Of a stretch of 64,000 nucleotides of DNA, positions 1-12,745 are shown piece by piece. Numbering within the stretch: the first letter of the stretch is position 1; each line of letters opens with the position of its first letter. The DNA is from Mustelus asterias (Eukaryota): the NCBI RefSeq assembly GCF_964213995.1, contig NW_027590123.1, positions 806,001 through 870,000 on the forward strand. Reading direction: 5' to 3'. Below the pieces are notes generated by a model, which was given only the letters and a program-made list of their open reading frames with translations, was not told the origin of the DNA and ran no database searches. Both the position numbers and the translations under genes were made by a program.

Positions 1-756
1 CCCCCCCCCCCACCCGCCACCCCACCCCTGCCCTGATCTGTACTGGAATTTCTAATCCACACAATTCTCCTCTCATTCTGCTCACCTCAACTCAGCTTTT
101 CAGCTCAACTTTTTAATCCGTTTTCTCTCATGTTCTCGTCTGGTTTCCTTTTTAAAGCATCTAAAGTATTTGTCTCAACCACTTCCAGTCGCAGTGAGTT
201 CCATATTCTAACAACTGTCTGAAGAAATAAATATCTCCTCCTGTTGATTTATTCATCTGTGTTGTCTGTTCATGGTTCCCAGTATTGGAAACACCAACAA
301 GTGGAAACATTTGTGTTGCTGATTCTGATTATCTGAGTATCTTTAATATGTTATCCAGAATCGTCATAAAGAAATGAGGAAAACAAGTTTAGAAAAAGTT
401 TTGTGAGGTTAGTCTGAAATCAGTTGAGAAGCCAATAAAGATATTCCCTCTCTGGGTGGGAAGATCTGTAAGAAATCATCTTTTAATAATCTTATATAAA
501 TCTTGAAAAATGTATTGACTCTTATAGGAATCTCTCTTTCTCATTTTCTTATTGGGTAAGCTTCCTGGGTTGATAAATACAGTAGTGTAGGCCTGTTGTC
601 TCTGCTAAGGACACATCTCTAGCACAGAACCTGAAACAAGACAAAGTTGATAGGGTGGGGGGTGATTCTCAAAACCCACATGTAAACAGATTGTCTGAGT
701 AAAGATTAAACAGGGTGTCCGAGCAAGTGATGAGCCACAAAATGACTTCAAGGACA

Positions 757-1098
757 TAAAAATCATAGAAATCCTACAGTACAGAAAGAGGCCATTCGGC
801 CCATCGAGTCTGCACCGACCACAATCCCACCCAGGCCCTACCCCCATATCCACCCACTAATCCCTCCAACCTACACATCTCAGGACACTAAGGGGCAATT
901 TTTTTTTTAGCATTGCCAATCAACCTAACCCACACATCTTTGGACTGTGGGAGGAAACGGGAGCACCCGGAGGAAACCCACGCGGACACGAGGAGAATGT
1001 GCAAACTCCACACAGACAGTGACCCAAGCCGGGAATCGAACCCAGGTCCCTGGAGCTGTGAAGTAGCAGTGCTAACCACTGTGCTAATGTGCCGCCCT
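757..1098 (-). mobile_element. tRNA-derived SINE (HE1/V-SINE type)
   Basis: Head GGGCGGCAC..TGGTTAGCAC (A box)..GGTTCGATTCCC (B box); CR1-like 3' tail. Confidence 0.85.
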
Positions 1099-1329
1099 AT
1101 CGATCGGAATAGGGCGGCACTGTGCTACCGTGCCATCCGATCGGATTAGAAGGGATTATCTTGATTATCTGTCCCTGAATAATGGACAATTGAATGAGTG
1201 ACAAAAAACCCACAGAAATTTGGTTTATAAATAGGCATTTGAGAGGGTAAATCACATCAGACAGCAAAGAGCTTCTCAAAGTGATCCATCCATCCACATT
1301 TGTTCCTCTTCATTGGAAGTGTGAGAAAG

Positions 1330-2620
1330 AGGTTTATAGATGTGGTCTAATGTACAATGAATGATGACACTTTAAATGATATGTGAACAGATGGTCAAAA
1401 GCTTGATAGGAATGGGAGATTTTAACGAGAATCTTTAATCAGGAGGGAGAGGCTGGAGAGGTTTCGGGAGGGAATTTAAGAACTTCACACCAAGACACAG
1501 CCATTACTGATGGAGTAATTAAAATCAAGAGGCCAGAATGATATCTCAGAGGTTGTGTTATTGGAGATTAGAGGTTGGGAGAGACAAGGCCATGGAGGGA
1601 TTTGAAAACAAGGATGCGAATGTTAAAATCAATGCATTACCTGACCTGGACCCGATGTAGTTCAGTGAGCACAGGATGTGGTGGGCGAATAGCAGGCAGG
1701 CAGTGGAGTTTTGAATAATTACATGTGACTGTTGGGGTGGGGTGAATGTGAGAGGTTGGTTAGGAATGGTTTGGAATCATCCAGTTTAAAGTGTCACAGG
1801 CAGGGATGAGGGGTGGAGTGGGGACAGGTGACATTATGGAGATTGAAATATCTGGTATTAGTGATGGTGTGGATATGTGGTCAGAAACTCATCTTGGGAT
1901 CAAATCTGACACGGAGATTGTGAAGAGTGTGGCTCAGCTTCAGACAGTTCCCAGGGAGAGGGGTGGACTCAGTAGTTTCTGAATAGAATTTGTCATGGTG
2001 ACTGAAGACAATAGTTTTGGTCTTCCGAATTTTTAACTGGAGGGAATTTCTGCTCATCCAGTACTGGATGTGGGATGAGCAGTTTGATAGTTTAGTAAAA
2101 GTGGAGGAATGGCGAGGGATGGGGGTGAGGTCGAGCTGGGTGTTGTCAGTGTACATGTGAAAACTAACACGGTGCTTTTGGATGATGTTACCAGTGGCAG
2201 CTTGGAGACGGGAAATAGGAGGGGCCAAGGACAGATTCTTGGGGCACACCCAGTTCAAGGACTTGGAGAGGAAAAGGGAGGTTGGAGATGGGGAAGTGGT
2301 TTGCAATCACTTTGGGGTCAAAGGTTATTTTTAGGATGGTTGATGTCAGTGGATTTAATGATGAGCTGAATAGAACCAAGCAAGAGAGAAAACTCAAAAC
2401 TCTCAGCTAAGGTGGAGAAATTGGACGATCAGCAATTTGGCGAGAATAGGATCAAGGGGGCAGAAGGTGGGTCTCATGAAGAAGATGTGCTCTGAGGAGG
2501 TTGAAGATGGGAGAGGAACTGTAGAAAGATATGGGTTCAGGGCTCAGACAAGGGGAAATGTGAGAGATAGTCTGGTCCAATGGTCCAGCAGCAGGGGGGA
2601 AAGCAGCAGAAACAGCTGTT
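1330..2620 (-). mobile_element. Degraded L2-clade LINE reverse-transcriptase fragment
   Basis: GVPQESVLGP and SFHMYTDNTQL (degenerate YADD) motifs across frames. Confidence 0.7.
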
Positions 2621-2627
2621 CAGGTTA

Positions 2628-3450
2628 TAAGAACAAAGAACAAACAAAGAACAAAGAAAATTACAGCACAGGAACAGGCCCTTCGGCCTCCAAGCTTGCA
2701 CCGACCATGCTGCCCGACTTAACTAAAACCCCCTACCCTTCCGGGGACCATATCTCTCTATTCCCATCCTATTCATGTACTTGTCAAGACGCCCCTTAAA
2801 AGTCACTACCGTATCCGCTTCCACTACCTCCCCAGCAGCGAGTTCCAGGCACCCACTACTCTCTGTGTAAAAAATCTGCCTCGTACATCTCCTTTAAACA
2901 TTGCCTCTCGCACCTTAAACCTATGCCCCTGAGTAATTGACTATTCCACCCTGAGAAAAAGCTTCTGACTATCCACTCTGTCCATGCCTCTCATAATCTT
3001 GGAGACTTCTATCAGGTCTCCCCTCAACCTCCGTCGCTCCAGTGAGAACAAACCAAGTTTCTCCAACCTCTCCTCATAGCTAATGGCCTCCATACCAGGC
3101 AACATCCTGGTAAATATTTTCTGTACCCTCTCCAAAGCCTCCACATCCTTCTGGTAGTGTGGCGACCAGAATTGAACACTAGATTCCAAGTGCGGCCTAA
3201 CTAAGGTTCTATAAAGCTGTAACATGACTTGCCAATTTTTAAACTCAATGCCCCGGCCGATGAAGGCAAGCATGCCGTATGCCTTCTTGCCTACCTTCTC
3301 CACCTGCGTTGCCACTTTCAGTGACCTGGGTACCTGTACACCCAGATCCCTTTGCCTATCAATACTCTTAAGGGTTCTGCCATTTACTGTATATTTCCTA
3401 TCTCTATTAGACCTTCCAAAATGCAATACCTCACATTTGTCTGGAACATT
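2628..3450 (-). mobile_element. 5'-truncated CR1 LINE with (TTCTTTG)n tail
   Basis: KCEVLHFG..LVRPHLE..WSPHY..LERRRLRGDLIE C-terminus. Confidence 0.92.
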
Positions 3451-3723
3451 TATCTCAATCTTAGTGACATAGAAGCTCTTCACATTTGTTGTTACGAGGT
3501 GAGGATGGAGGAGACAGGGGAGAGAGAGAGAGAGACCTTCAAAAGGAACTAACTTGCGTTTGAGATGTTAAAAGATTTGCCAGTGTGTGCTTAAGTTTAT
3601 CTGAGTTTTACCCAGAATACTAACCAGCAACTGTAACTGCGATGGAATTTATTAACAACAACAATAGAAAAGACCGCAATGAACATGTTTACATTCTGGG
3701 TGTGACTAACAGCCAAATTCAAT

Positions 3724-4598
3724 TCACTTGTGAATCTGTCGATGTGTCAGCAGGTTGGATTTCTGAGTGAAGCTCTTCCCACACACGGAGCAGGTGAACG
3801 GTCTCTCCCCAGTGTGAATTCGCTGATGGACAGTGAGATGAGATGATCGCCTGAATCCAGTCCCACAGTTAGAGCACCGGAATGGTCTCTCATCAGTGTG
3901 AATACGTTGATGGAGCATCAGGTCCCTGGGACGTTTATAGCAGTTCCCGCAGTCTGAACATTTGAAAGGTCTCTCCTCCATGTGAACTTGCCGGTGTGAA
4001 ATGAGTTGAGATGATCGCCTGAACCCTGCTCCACACTGGGAGCATTTGAATGGTCTCTCGTCAGTGTGAACACGTTGATGGAGCATCAGCTCACCAGAAC
4101 ATTTATAGCTTTTCCCACAGTCTGGACATTTAAAGGGTCTCTCCCCAGTGTGAATTCGCTGATGTGTCATGAGATGGGATGATTGAATGAATCCCTTCCC
4201 ACACCAGCTTTTTCTCAGTGTGAAGTCGCTGGTGTATCAGTAGGGTGTATGACTGAGTGAATCCCTTCCCACACACAGAGCAGGTAAACGGCCTCTGCCC
4301 ATTGTGACTGCGTTGGTGAATTTCCAGCTCATATGGATAATTGAATCCTTTCCCACACTCCCCACATTTCCATGGTTTTTCTCCAGTGTGACTGCGCTTG
4401 TGTCTGGACAGGACAGCGAATCGTCTGAAATCTTGTCCACACACACAACACACGTACGGTTTCTCCTCACTGTGAACGGTGCTTTTTCCTTCCATGTTCA
4501 AAATATTTTCCAGTTCTGATAAATTGGGTGACTCCATCAGATCCTGATGTGACGTTTGGTACAAGTTTCCTGACTGCATATCCTCCTCTTCTAAAACC
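3724..4598 (-). pseudogene. C2H2 zinc-finger exon ZNF-1 (about 9 fingers), frameshifted in finger 4
   Basis: HTGERPF linkers in ORFs 4130-4579 and 3724-4170; deletion near 4205 removes the first Cys region and shifts frame; acceptor tttcacag at 4599. Confidence 0.85.
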
Positions 4599-4919
4599 CT
4601 GTGAAATTAATTTAAAACAGAAAAAAGGGAGTGAGCGCGAACCCACAAAAACACAAAGGCAGGTTGTGAAATTGAGCTGAATGAATCTGGTAATTTGTGG
4701 GGCAGGCGCTCGGAAAAAGTGACCATGAAAATCGCTGGATTGTCAAAAAAACAACAATTGATTTACTAATGTCCTTCAGGGAAGGGAACCTGTCACCCAG
4801 TCTGGGTCTCTCAAGACTCTGGGCACTGTGGGAGCAGGAGAGACATAACGGTGGACACGCAGGAGGTGAAGGAACCAGATTTCAGATCAGCCATGACATC
4901 AATTGGTCACATGGGATTT

Positions 4920-5282
4920 TTAAAAATTCATTTGCAGCACATGGGCATTGCTGGCCGGGCCAGCATTTATTGCCCATCCCTAGTTGCCCTTGGAGGGCAG
5001 TTGAGAGTCAACCACATTGCTTTGACTCTGGAGTCACATGTAGGCCAGACCAGATAAGGACAGCAGATTTCCTTCCTTAAAGGACATTAGTGAACCAGAT
5101 GGGTTTTTCCAGCAATCAACAGTGGTTTCATGGTCATCATCAGATTCTTAATTCCTGATATTTTTTATTGAATTCAAATTCCACCAACTGCCGTGGCGGG
5201 ATTCGAACCTGCATCCCCACAACATTAGCTGAGTTTATGTTTTGATAGTCTAGCATAATACCACTTGGCCATTACCTCCCCA
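4920..5282 (-). mobile_element. Deu-domain-type tRNA-derived SINE
   Basis: B box GGTTCGAATCC; core CTGGTTCACTAATGTCCTTTAAGGAAGGAAATCTG shared with copies at ~46870 and ~63570. Confidence 0.75.
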
Positions 5283-5287
5283 GTGCA

Positions 5288-6375
5288 GGTAATGTCTTGA
5301 GATGGATAGAAAGCTGGTTAGCATATGGGAAGCAAAGAGCTGGCACAAATGTGTTATTTTCTGATTGGCAGCCAGTGACTAATGGGGTTCCACAGGGATC
5401 TGTGCTCGGACCCCAACTGCTCACATTATATATTAATGATTTGGAAGAGGGAACTGAATTTTCTCCAAATTTGCAGATGATACAAGGTTGGGGTGGGAGG
5501 GTGAGCTGTGAGGAGGATGCAGAGATGCTTCAGTGTGATTTGGACAGTCTGAGTGTGTGGGCATATGCATGGCAGATGCAGTACAATGTGGATAATTGTG
5601 AAGTTATCCACTTTGGTAGCAATAATAGGAAGACATATTATTACTTGAATGGGTATAAATTGAGAGAGGTGGATACTGAGCGAGACCTTGATGTCCTTGT
5701 CCATCAGTCACTGAAAGTAAGCGTGCAGGTACAGCAGGCAGTAAAGAAGGCAAATAGTATGTTGGCCTTTATAGCGAGAGGATTTGAGTATAGGGATAGG
5801 AATGTTTTGCTGCAATTGTACAGGGCATTGGTGAGGCCACAACTGGAATATTGTGTGCAGTTTTGGTATCCTTATCTGAGGAAGGATGTCCTTGCTATAG
5901 GGGTCATACACCGAAGGTTTACCAGGCTAATTCCTGGGATGTCAGGTCTAACAAGTCGGTTAGGATTATATTCACTGGAGTTTAGAAGAGTGAGAGGGGA
6001 CCTCAGAAACTTATAAAATTTTAAACAGGGTTAGACAGGGTAGATTCAGAAAGAATGTTCCCAATGGTGGGGAAGTCCAGAACTAAGAGTCATTGTTTGA
6101 GGATAAGTGGTAACCTTTTAGAACTGAGGTGAGTGGAAATTTCTTCACCCAGAGGGTGGTGAATGTGTGGAATTCACTACCACAGAAAGTAGTTAAGGCC
6201 AAAAAGTTGTGTGATTTCAAGAAGAAATTAGATATCGTTCTTGGGGCTAAAGGAATCAAGGGATATGGAGGCGAAGGTGGATCAAGATATTGAATTTGAT
6301 CACCCATGATCGAAATGAATGATGGAGCAGACTTGAAGGGCTGAATAGCCTACTTCTGCTTCTAGTTTCTATTTT
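5288..6375 (+). mobile_element. CR1 LINE 3' fragment, frameshifted
   Basis: [10 protein letters not shown] and YRALVRPQLEY motifs; 3' UTR. Confidence 0.9.
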
Positions 6376-6509
6376 TCTAATCTCTCTGGACTTGAAGAAC
6401 AAATACCTGAATAATTAACTCCAGCTGGTTATAGGGGTTATTAACAGCAGCAAAAACACACCACAGCTATCAGAACGATCAGAGGTCAGTCTTGGATGTG
6501 ATTAACTGT

Positions 6510-7019
6510 TCAGTAACTGGGGAACCTACCTCCGGAAGACTTGTGAACTCGCTGGTGTCTCATTAGGTTTTGTGACTGAGTGAATCTGTTCCCACATATG
6601 GAGCAGGTGAACGGCCTCTCCCCGGTGTGAACTCGCTGGTGTATCAGGAGATCAGATGAGTTAGTGAATCTCTTCCCACACACAGAGCAGGTGAAAGGCC
6701 TTTCCCCAGTGTGAGCACGCTTGTGTTTCAGCAGGTGAGATGAACTGCTGAATCCCTTCATACACACAGAGCAGGTGAATGGCCGCTCCCCAGTGTGAAG
6801 CCGCTGGTGAGTGCGAAGGTTGAACATTCGACTAAAACTCTTCCCACACGGTGCAGATGAACAGACTCTTCCCAGTGTGGCTGCGCTGATGTGCTTCCAG
6901 CTGGGATGGAGAACTGAATTCCTTCCCACAGTCCCCACATTTCCATGGGTTCTCTATGGTGTAGATGTCCTCGTGTCTCTCCAGGTTGGATGATTTAATG
7001 TCTGTATATTTCAAATATC
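6510..7019 (-). pseudogene. C2H2 zinc-finger exon ZNF-2 (about 5 fingers), frameshift near 6850
   Basis: ORF 6832-7014 continues in ORF 6510-6938 after an apparent TG loss in a GTGTG run. Confidence 0.8.
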
Positions 7020-7699
7020 CTGTGAAAGGAGTTTACAAACATCATCACTGTCAGTACGGGATCGAAATTCAGAACAGACATTTCTAGTTGCTACGGAACA
7101 TGTTTTCCTCACTTGTTCTTATGAAGCAATAAATTCTCATCCCACATCCTCTCCCTCGGCCTTGTGCTGGAATCCAAACTCTAGGGAGACCAACCAACTC
7201 ATATTTTATCTGATTGTCCTGTATTTGAGTCCACTGTGCCAGGCTGCATGGCGTATGGGTGCTGTTTCACCCATAAGATGGATGTGTGCAGCACCCTCTT
7301 CCAACTGTTCTGGCTGCCAACCAGCCCGTGCCCACCCACACAGTTCCAGCAGCACCGCACACAATACTGCTCACCTGCTCCGACAGACTCTTGAAGGATG
7401 TCCTTTCATTTTCTCTGAGAGAGTTGGTCAGCCTGGCAAACCCAGTGTGAAATATCTTCACAAATCTTTTCTCCCACCCTCTATTCTGGTTGGGTTCAGT
7501 TCTTTTGTACAGAGTCAAAATAAAATCAATCAATTATTTTCTTTCCCGGTCACTGCAGGGAGCTGCAGCTTCTTATTGGGGGGTGTTGGGGCCTCCAGCG
7601 GGTGTTTGTGAATCCTCCCCGCCCACCTCCCAGGGTTTCCTTCCTTCCCAGAGATCAGAGTCCTCATTGATTTGAAGCCAAAGTGTAACCTCTTATTTA

Positions 7700-8420
7700 T
7701 TGTCCCCCTCCCCCATCCTCTGATGTGAACCATCCTCCAGTGGCTGAGCCAGGATGGGGCTGTTAACCTGGGCCTGTTCCCGGGAGGGAGAAGCCCCGCA
7801 GCTGCAAACCAGGGAGCTGACAATGATTCTGAAGGGTTTGCGGATCCTCGCAGCCACCGCCTAACGCTGACTCCGCTTCTCCGGGACAAAGGACTCTCGC
7901 TCCCGAGGCGAACAAAGCAACTGCGCATGCTCCACATTCAGACCGCGTGTTCAACCTCCATCAGCCGGACCGGACTGCGCATGTGCCGGATCGCAATGCC
8001 CTGGGGAGGGTGATTGACAGCAGCTCCGGACCAATAGGAGGAGGGGGGCGGGCCTGGAGGGCCGCCGGAAGCAGCTGGTCCTCCAACCAATCAGCGTGAA
8101 AGAGGGGCTCCGACTGAAGCATGCGCGTTGCGGGTAATGGCGACGGGGAATGCTTATTACCCAGGATCCGTAATTTCTCAGCGTAAAATCGCGGATCGGT
8201 GGGTACGATGGAACCGGCGAGTGGACTGGAAGGCTTCATAAACAGGTTGTGCGATCTGTAAAGTCCCCCCAAAATTTTCCGGTTACCGCATTTGCATCGA
8301 GCGGGTCAAAAATCCCCGAGATCGGCCGGAGCGTTAACGGCCTCCATCTTTATTGGGGGCAATGTGCGGCAGTGCGCATGGGTGATCGCCATCTTTGTAA
8401 GGGGCAATATTGTCATTGAG
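7700..8420. promoter_or_regulatory. CpG-island promoter, probably bidirectional
   Basis: CpG-dense; NRF1-like TGCGCATG at ~7922, 7977, 8373; CCAAT at 8031 and 8087; GC boxes; YY1-like CGCCATCTT at ~8387. Confidence 0.75.
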
Positions 8421-8519
8421 TGGGCGGGGCTTGTTCCCCATTGTTCAGAATGGAGACAACTTGTCCATCAAACGGCATCAACCCTCTGAGTCTCAATGTC
8501 TTATTGATGAGGCAGAGCG

Positions 8520-9553
8520 GTGGCAGAGAAGGAAGGAAATCACAAGATGCTTTCTAAATATTTTAAGGGCAAGAGGGTAATCAGGGAAAGAGGAAGTAGT
8601 TTAGGAATCAATTGTCCATTCAGCAACCTGGGTGTGGAGCCGGAAGATGTATGTGAGGTATTAAATTAGTATTTTGCATCTGTGTTCACTGTGTGGAAGG
8701 ACAATGTAGGTACAGAAAGCAGGAACGGGTGTGTGATAGAATTGAACAGATTGTGATTGCTGGTGTGGTAAATAGCGAGGAGGACAACCTTATATTACAG
8801 GGTGATACAGACAGGCTGGTCAGACGGGCAGAACAGTGGCAAATGGAACTTAACCCTGAAAAGTATGAAGTGATGAATTGTGGGAGGAGGACAAGGCCAG
8901 GGAATACAGAGGACCAGAGGGACATTGCGGAGCATTCCCAATTATCCCTGAAGCCAGCAGGACAGGTGGTTATGATGGAGCTGCATAAAACACTTGTTAA
9001 GTCACAACTCGGGTCCTGTGCGCAGTTCTGTTTGGAACACTATAGGAAGGATGTGATTGCATCAGAAAGGGAGCAGAGGAGATTCACCAGGATGTTGCCT
9101 GGGCTGGACCATTTCAGCTATGAAGAGAGACTGGTTAAGCTGAGGTTGTTTTCCTTAGAGCAGAGAAGGCTGAGGGGTGACCTGACTGAGGTGTACAAGA
9201 TTATGAGGAACATAGATCAGGTAAATTGGAAGGAACTTTTCCCCTTAGTAGAGGGGTCAATAACCAGGGAGATAGATTTAAGTTAAGGGCCAGGAGGTTT
9301 AGAGTGGAGTGGAGGAAAAACCTTTCACTCAGAGAGTGGTGGGAATCTGGAACTCACTGCCTGAAAGGGTGGAAGAGGCAAGAATCCTCACATTATATAA
9401 GAAGCATTTAGATGAGCAGGTGAAACACCATAGCATTCAAGGTTATGAACCAATTATTGGAAAATGGGATTAGAATAGATAGGTGCTTGCTGGCCGGCAC
9501 AGACATGATGGGCCAAAGGGCCTCTTTCTGCGCTGTAGAACTCTATGACTCTA
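8520..9553 (+). mobile_element. Old, internally deleted CR1 fragment
   Basis: WQMELNPEKYEV and EQRRLRGDLTEVYKIM motifs. Confidence 0.85.
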
Positions 9554-9954
9554 AATGGAGGGAATTTCTTGTTCATCCAGTACAAGATGTCAGATAAGTC
9601 AGGGTGATGTGTGACTTGAAGGGAATTTTGGAGGGATGATGTTCACAGACACCTACTACCCTGGTCCTCCTCGGTGGTGGAGGTTGGTGGTTGATTGATT
9701 TGTAAGTAAATAAAATTCCCTCCCGTCACCCCATGCTGCTCCAGTTCTCACCCTCTCCCTTCCCTCCCTTCTGGTGTCAGTCCAGAAAAGGTGGTAGGTT
9801 CCCCTACCAGTGAACCAGTTGAATTTTTCACAACAACGTCAGTTTTCATGGTCACATTTTTCTAGCGCCTGCCCCACAAATGAGCAAATTTGTTCAGCTC
9901 AATTTCTGCTTTTGCGGCTTGTCTCCTTTCCTTTTCTCTGTTTTGAAATAATTT

Positions 9955-10138
9955 ATAATAATAATAAGACTGCATTCCAATCATTATTCTGTAAATTGAG
10001 TTTGTGTCTCTGTATGCCCTGTTTGTGAGCATTTCTCCACTCCACCTGACGAAGGGACAGCCTGTTCCGAAAGCTCGTGGCATTTGCTACCAAATAAACC
10101 TGTTGGACTTTAACCTGGTGTTTGTTAAACTTCTTACT
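9955..10138 (+). mobile_element. Penelope-like element terminal (pLTR) fragment with 14-bp TSD
   Basis: TTTTGAAATAATTT at 9941-9954 and 10139-10152; similar to the repeat arms at 27138-27250 and 27581-27692. Confidence 0.8.
10042..10080 (+). ncRNA. Minimal hammerhead ribozyme (Penelope-associated)
   Basis: CCAC-CUGACGA-A-GGGACA/UGUUCC-GAAA-GCUC-GUGG. Confidence 0.7.
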
Positions 10139-10201
10139 TTTTGAAATAATTTCACAGGGCAATTGGAAGGAAGGATTTGCAGTTGGAAAACTCAACCTAA
10201 A

Positions 10202-11573
10202 GTTACATCAGTGGTAGGGAAATTATCGGAGAGGATTCTTCGGGACAGGCTTTATTCCCACTTGGAAATAAGTGGACGTATTAGTGAGAGGCAACATGGT
10301 TTTGTGACGGGGAGGTCGTGTCTCACAAACGTGATTGAGTTTTTCGAGGAAGTGATGAAGATGATTGATGAGGATAGGGCAGTGGATGTTGTCTACATGG
10401 ACTTCAGAAAGGCCTTGGACAAGGACCCTCATGGCAGACTGGTGTAGAAGGTGAAGTCGCATGGGATCAGAGGTGAGCTGGCAAGGTGGATACAAAACTG
10501 GCTCGGTCAAAGAAGACAGAGGGTAGCAATAGAAGGGTGCATTTCTGGATGGAGGGCTGTGACAAGTGGTGTTCCTCAGGGATCAGTGCTGGGACCTTTG
10601 CTATTTGTAATGTATATAAATGATTTGGAGGAAAATGTAACTGGATTGATTGGTAAGTTTGCGGACAACACAAAGGTTGGTGGATTTGCAGATAGCGATG
10701 AGGACAATCAGAGGATACAGCAGGATATAGATCATTTGGAGGCTTAGGCAGAGAGATGGCAGATGGAGTTTAATCCGGACAAATGTGAGGTAATGCATTT
10801 TGGAAGGTCTAATACAGATAGGAAATATACAGTAAATGGCAGAACCCTTTAGAGTTTTGATAGGCAAAGGGATCTGGGTGTACAGGTACACAGGTCACTG
10901 AAAGTGGCAATGCAGGTGGAGAAGGTAGTCAAGAAGGCATATGGCATGTTTGCCTTCATCGGCCAGGGTAGTGAGTTTAAAAATTGGCAAGTCAGGTTGC
11001 AGCTTTATGGAACCTTAGTTAGGCCGCACTTGGAATATAGTGTTCAATTCTGGTCTCCACACGACCAGAAGGATGTGTAGGCTTTGGAGAGGGTGCAGAA
11101 AAAATTTACCATGATGTTGCCTGGTATAGAGGGCATTAGTTATAAGGAGAGGTTGAAGAAACTTGGTTTGTTCTCAATGGAGCGATGGAGGTTGAGGGGA
11201 GACCTGATAGAAGTCTACAAGATTATGAGAGGCATGGACAGAGTGGATAGTCAGAAGCTTTTTCCCAGGGTGGAAGAGTCAATTACTAGGGGGCATAGGT
11301 TTAAGGTGTGAGGGGCAATGTTTAAAGGAGATGTACGAGGCAGATTTTTTCCAGAGAGTGGTGGGTGCCTGGAACTCGTTGCCGGGGGAGGTAGTGGAAG
11401 CGGATACGGCAGTGACTTTTAAGGGGCGTCTTGACAAGTACATGAATAGGATTGGAATAGAGGGATATGGTCCCCGGAAGGGTAGGGGTTTTAGTTAAGT
11501 CAGGCAGCATGGTTGGTGCAGGCTTGGAGGGCCGAAGGGCCTGTTCCTGTGCTGTAATGTTCTTTGTTCTTAG
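10202..11573 (+). mobile_element. 5'-truncated CR1 inserted in the ZNF-3 exon
   Basis: RT motifs with stops; same subfamily tail as 2628-3450; possible TAAA TSD. Confidence 0.9.
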
Positions 11574-12745
11574 TAAACATCACATCAGAATCTGATGGAG
11601 TCGCCCAATTTATCAAAACCTGAAATCATTGTGTTGTAAACATGGAAGGAGAAAGTACCATTCACAGTGGGGAGAAACCGTACGTGTGTTGTGTGTGTGG
11701 ACGAGGCTTCATCTGACTGTAGAACCTGGAGAGAGACAAAGACACCCACACCATGGAGAAGCTGTGGAAATGTAAGGACTGTGGGAAGGGATTCAGTTAC
11801 TCAGTTATGCTGGAAACTCATCAGTGCGTTCACACTGGGGAGAGACCATTTACCTGCACCGAGTGTGGGAAGGGATTCACTAATTCATCACATCTATTGA
11901 GACACCAACTAGTTCACACTGCGGAGAGACCTTTCAAATGCATGGACTGTGCGAAGTGCTACAAAAATTCTGGGGAACTGATACGTCATCAACATGTTCA
12001 CAATGACATGAGACCATTCAGGTGCTCTCATTGTGGGACTGGGTTCACACAATCATCTGACCTCACTGTACACCAGTGGATTCACACTGGGGAGAGGCCG
12101 TTCACCTGAAAAGAGTGTGGGAAGGGATTTGCTCAGATGTCCACTCTGCTGACACACCAGCTGATTTACACTGGGAAGAGACCATTCACCTGCCCTGAGT
12201 GTGGGAAGAGATTCATTAATTCATCCAACTTGCTGAGGCACCAACACGTTCACACTGGGGTGAGGCCATTCACTTGCACGGAGAGTGGGAAGGGATTCAC
12301 TAATTCATCCCATCTGCTGATGCACCAGCAAGTTCACACTGACGAGACTGAACTGCGGGAAGTGCAACAAAAGTTCTGGGGAACTGCTGTCCCATCAACA
12401 AATCCACACTGACTAGAGATGATTCAAGTGTTGCCATTTTGGTCTGAGTTTAGGGAATCTCATCTCATTATACACCAGTGCATTGAAACTGAGAAGAGAA
12501 TGTTCACTCCCTCTGACTATGGGAAGGGAGTCATTCATTCGTCCCACCTGCTGAGTCAGAGTCATAGAGGTTTACAGCATGGAAACAGGCCCTTCGGCCC
12601 AACTTGTCCATGCCGCCCTTTTTTGTTAAACCTCAAAGCTAATCCCAATTGCCCGCATTTGGCACCTATCCCTCTCTACCCATCGTACCCATGTAACTAT
12701 CTAAATGCTTTTTAAAAGATAAAATTGTACCCACCTCTACTACTA

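Noticed and set aside
1020-1098. tRNA-like A and B boxes (also ~5190-5280, ~46710-46790, ~52490)
   Set aside because: These are SINE heads continuous with SINE bodies, not tRNA genes.
7162-8489. ORFs across the CpG island
   Set aside because: GC-rich stop-poor sequence with no recognisable domain; a short first exon cannot be excluded but was not identifiable.
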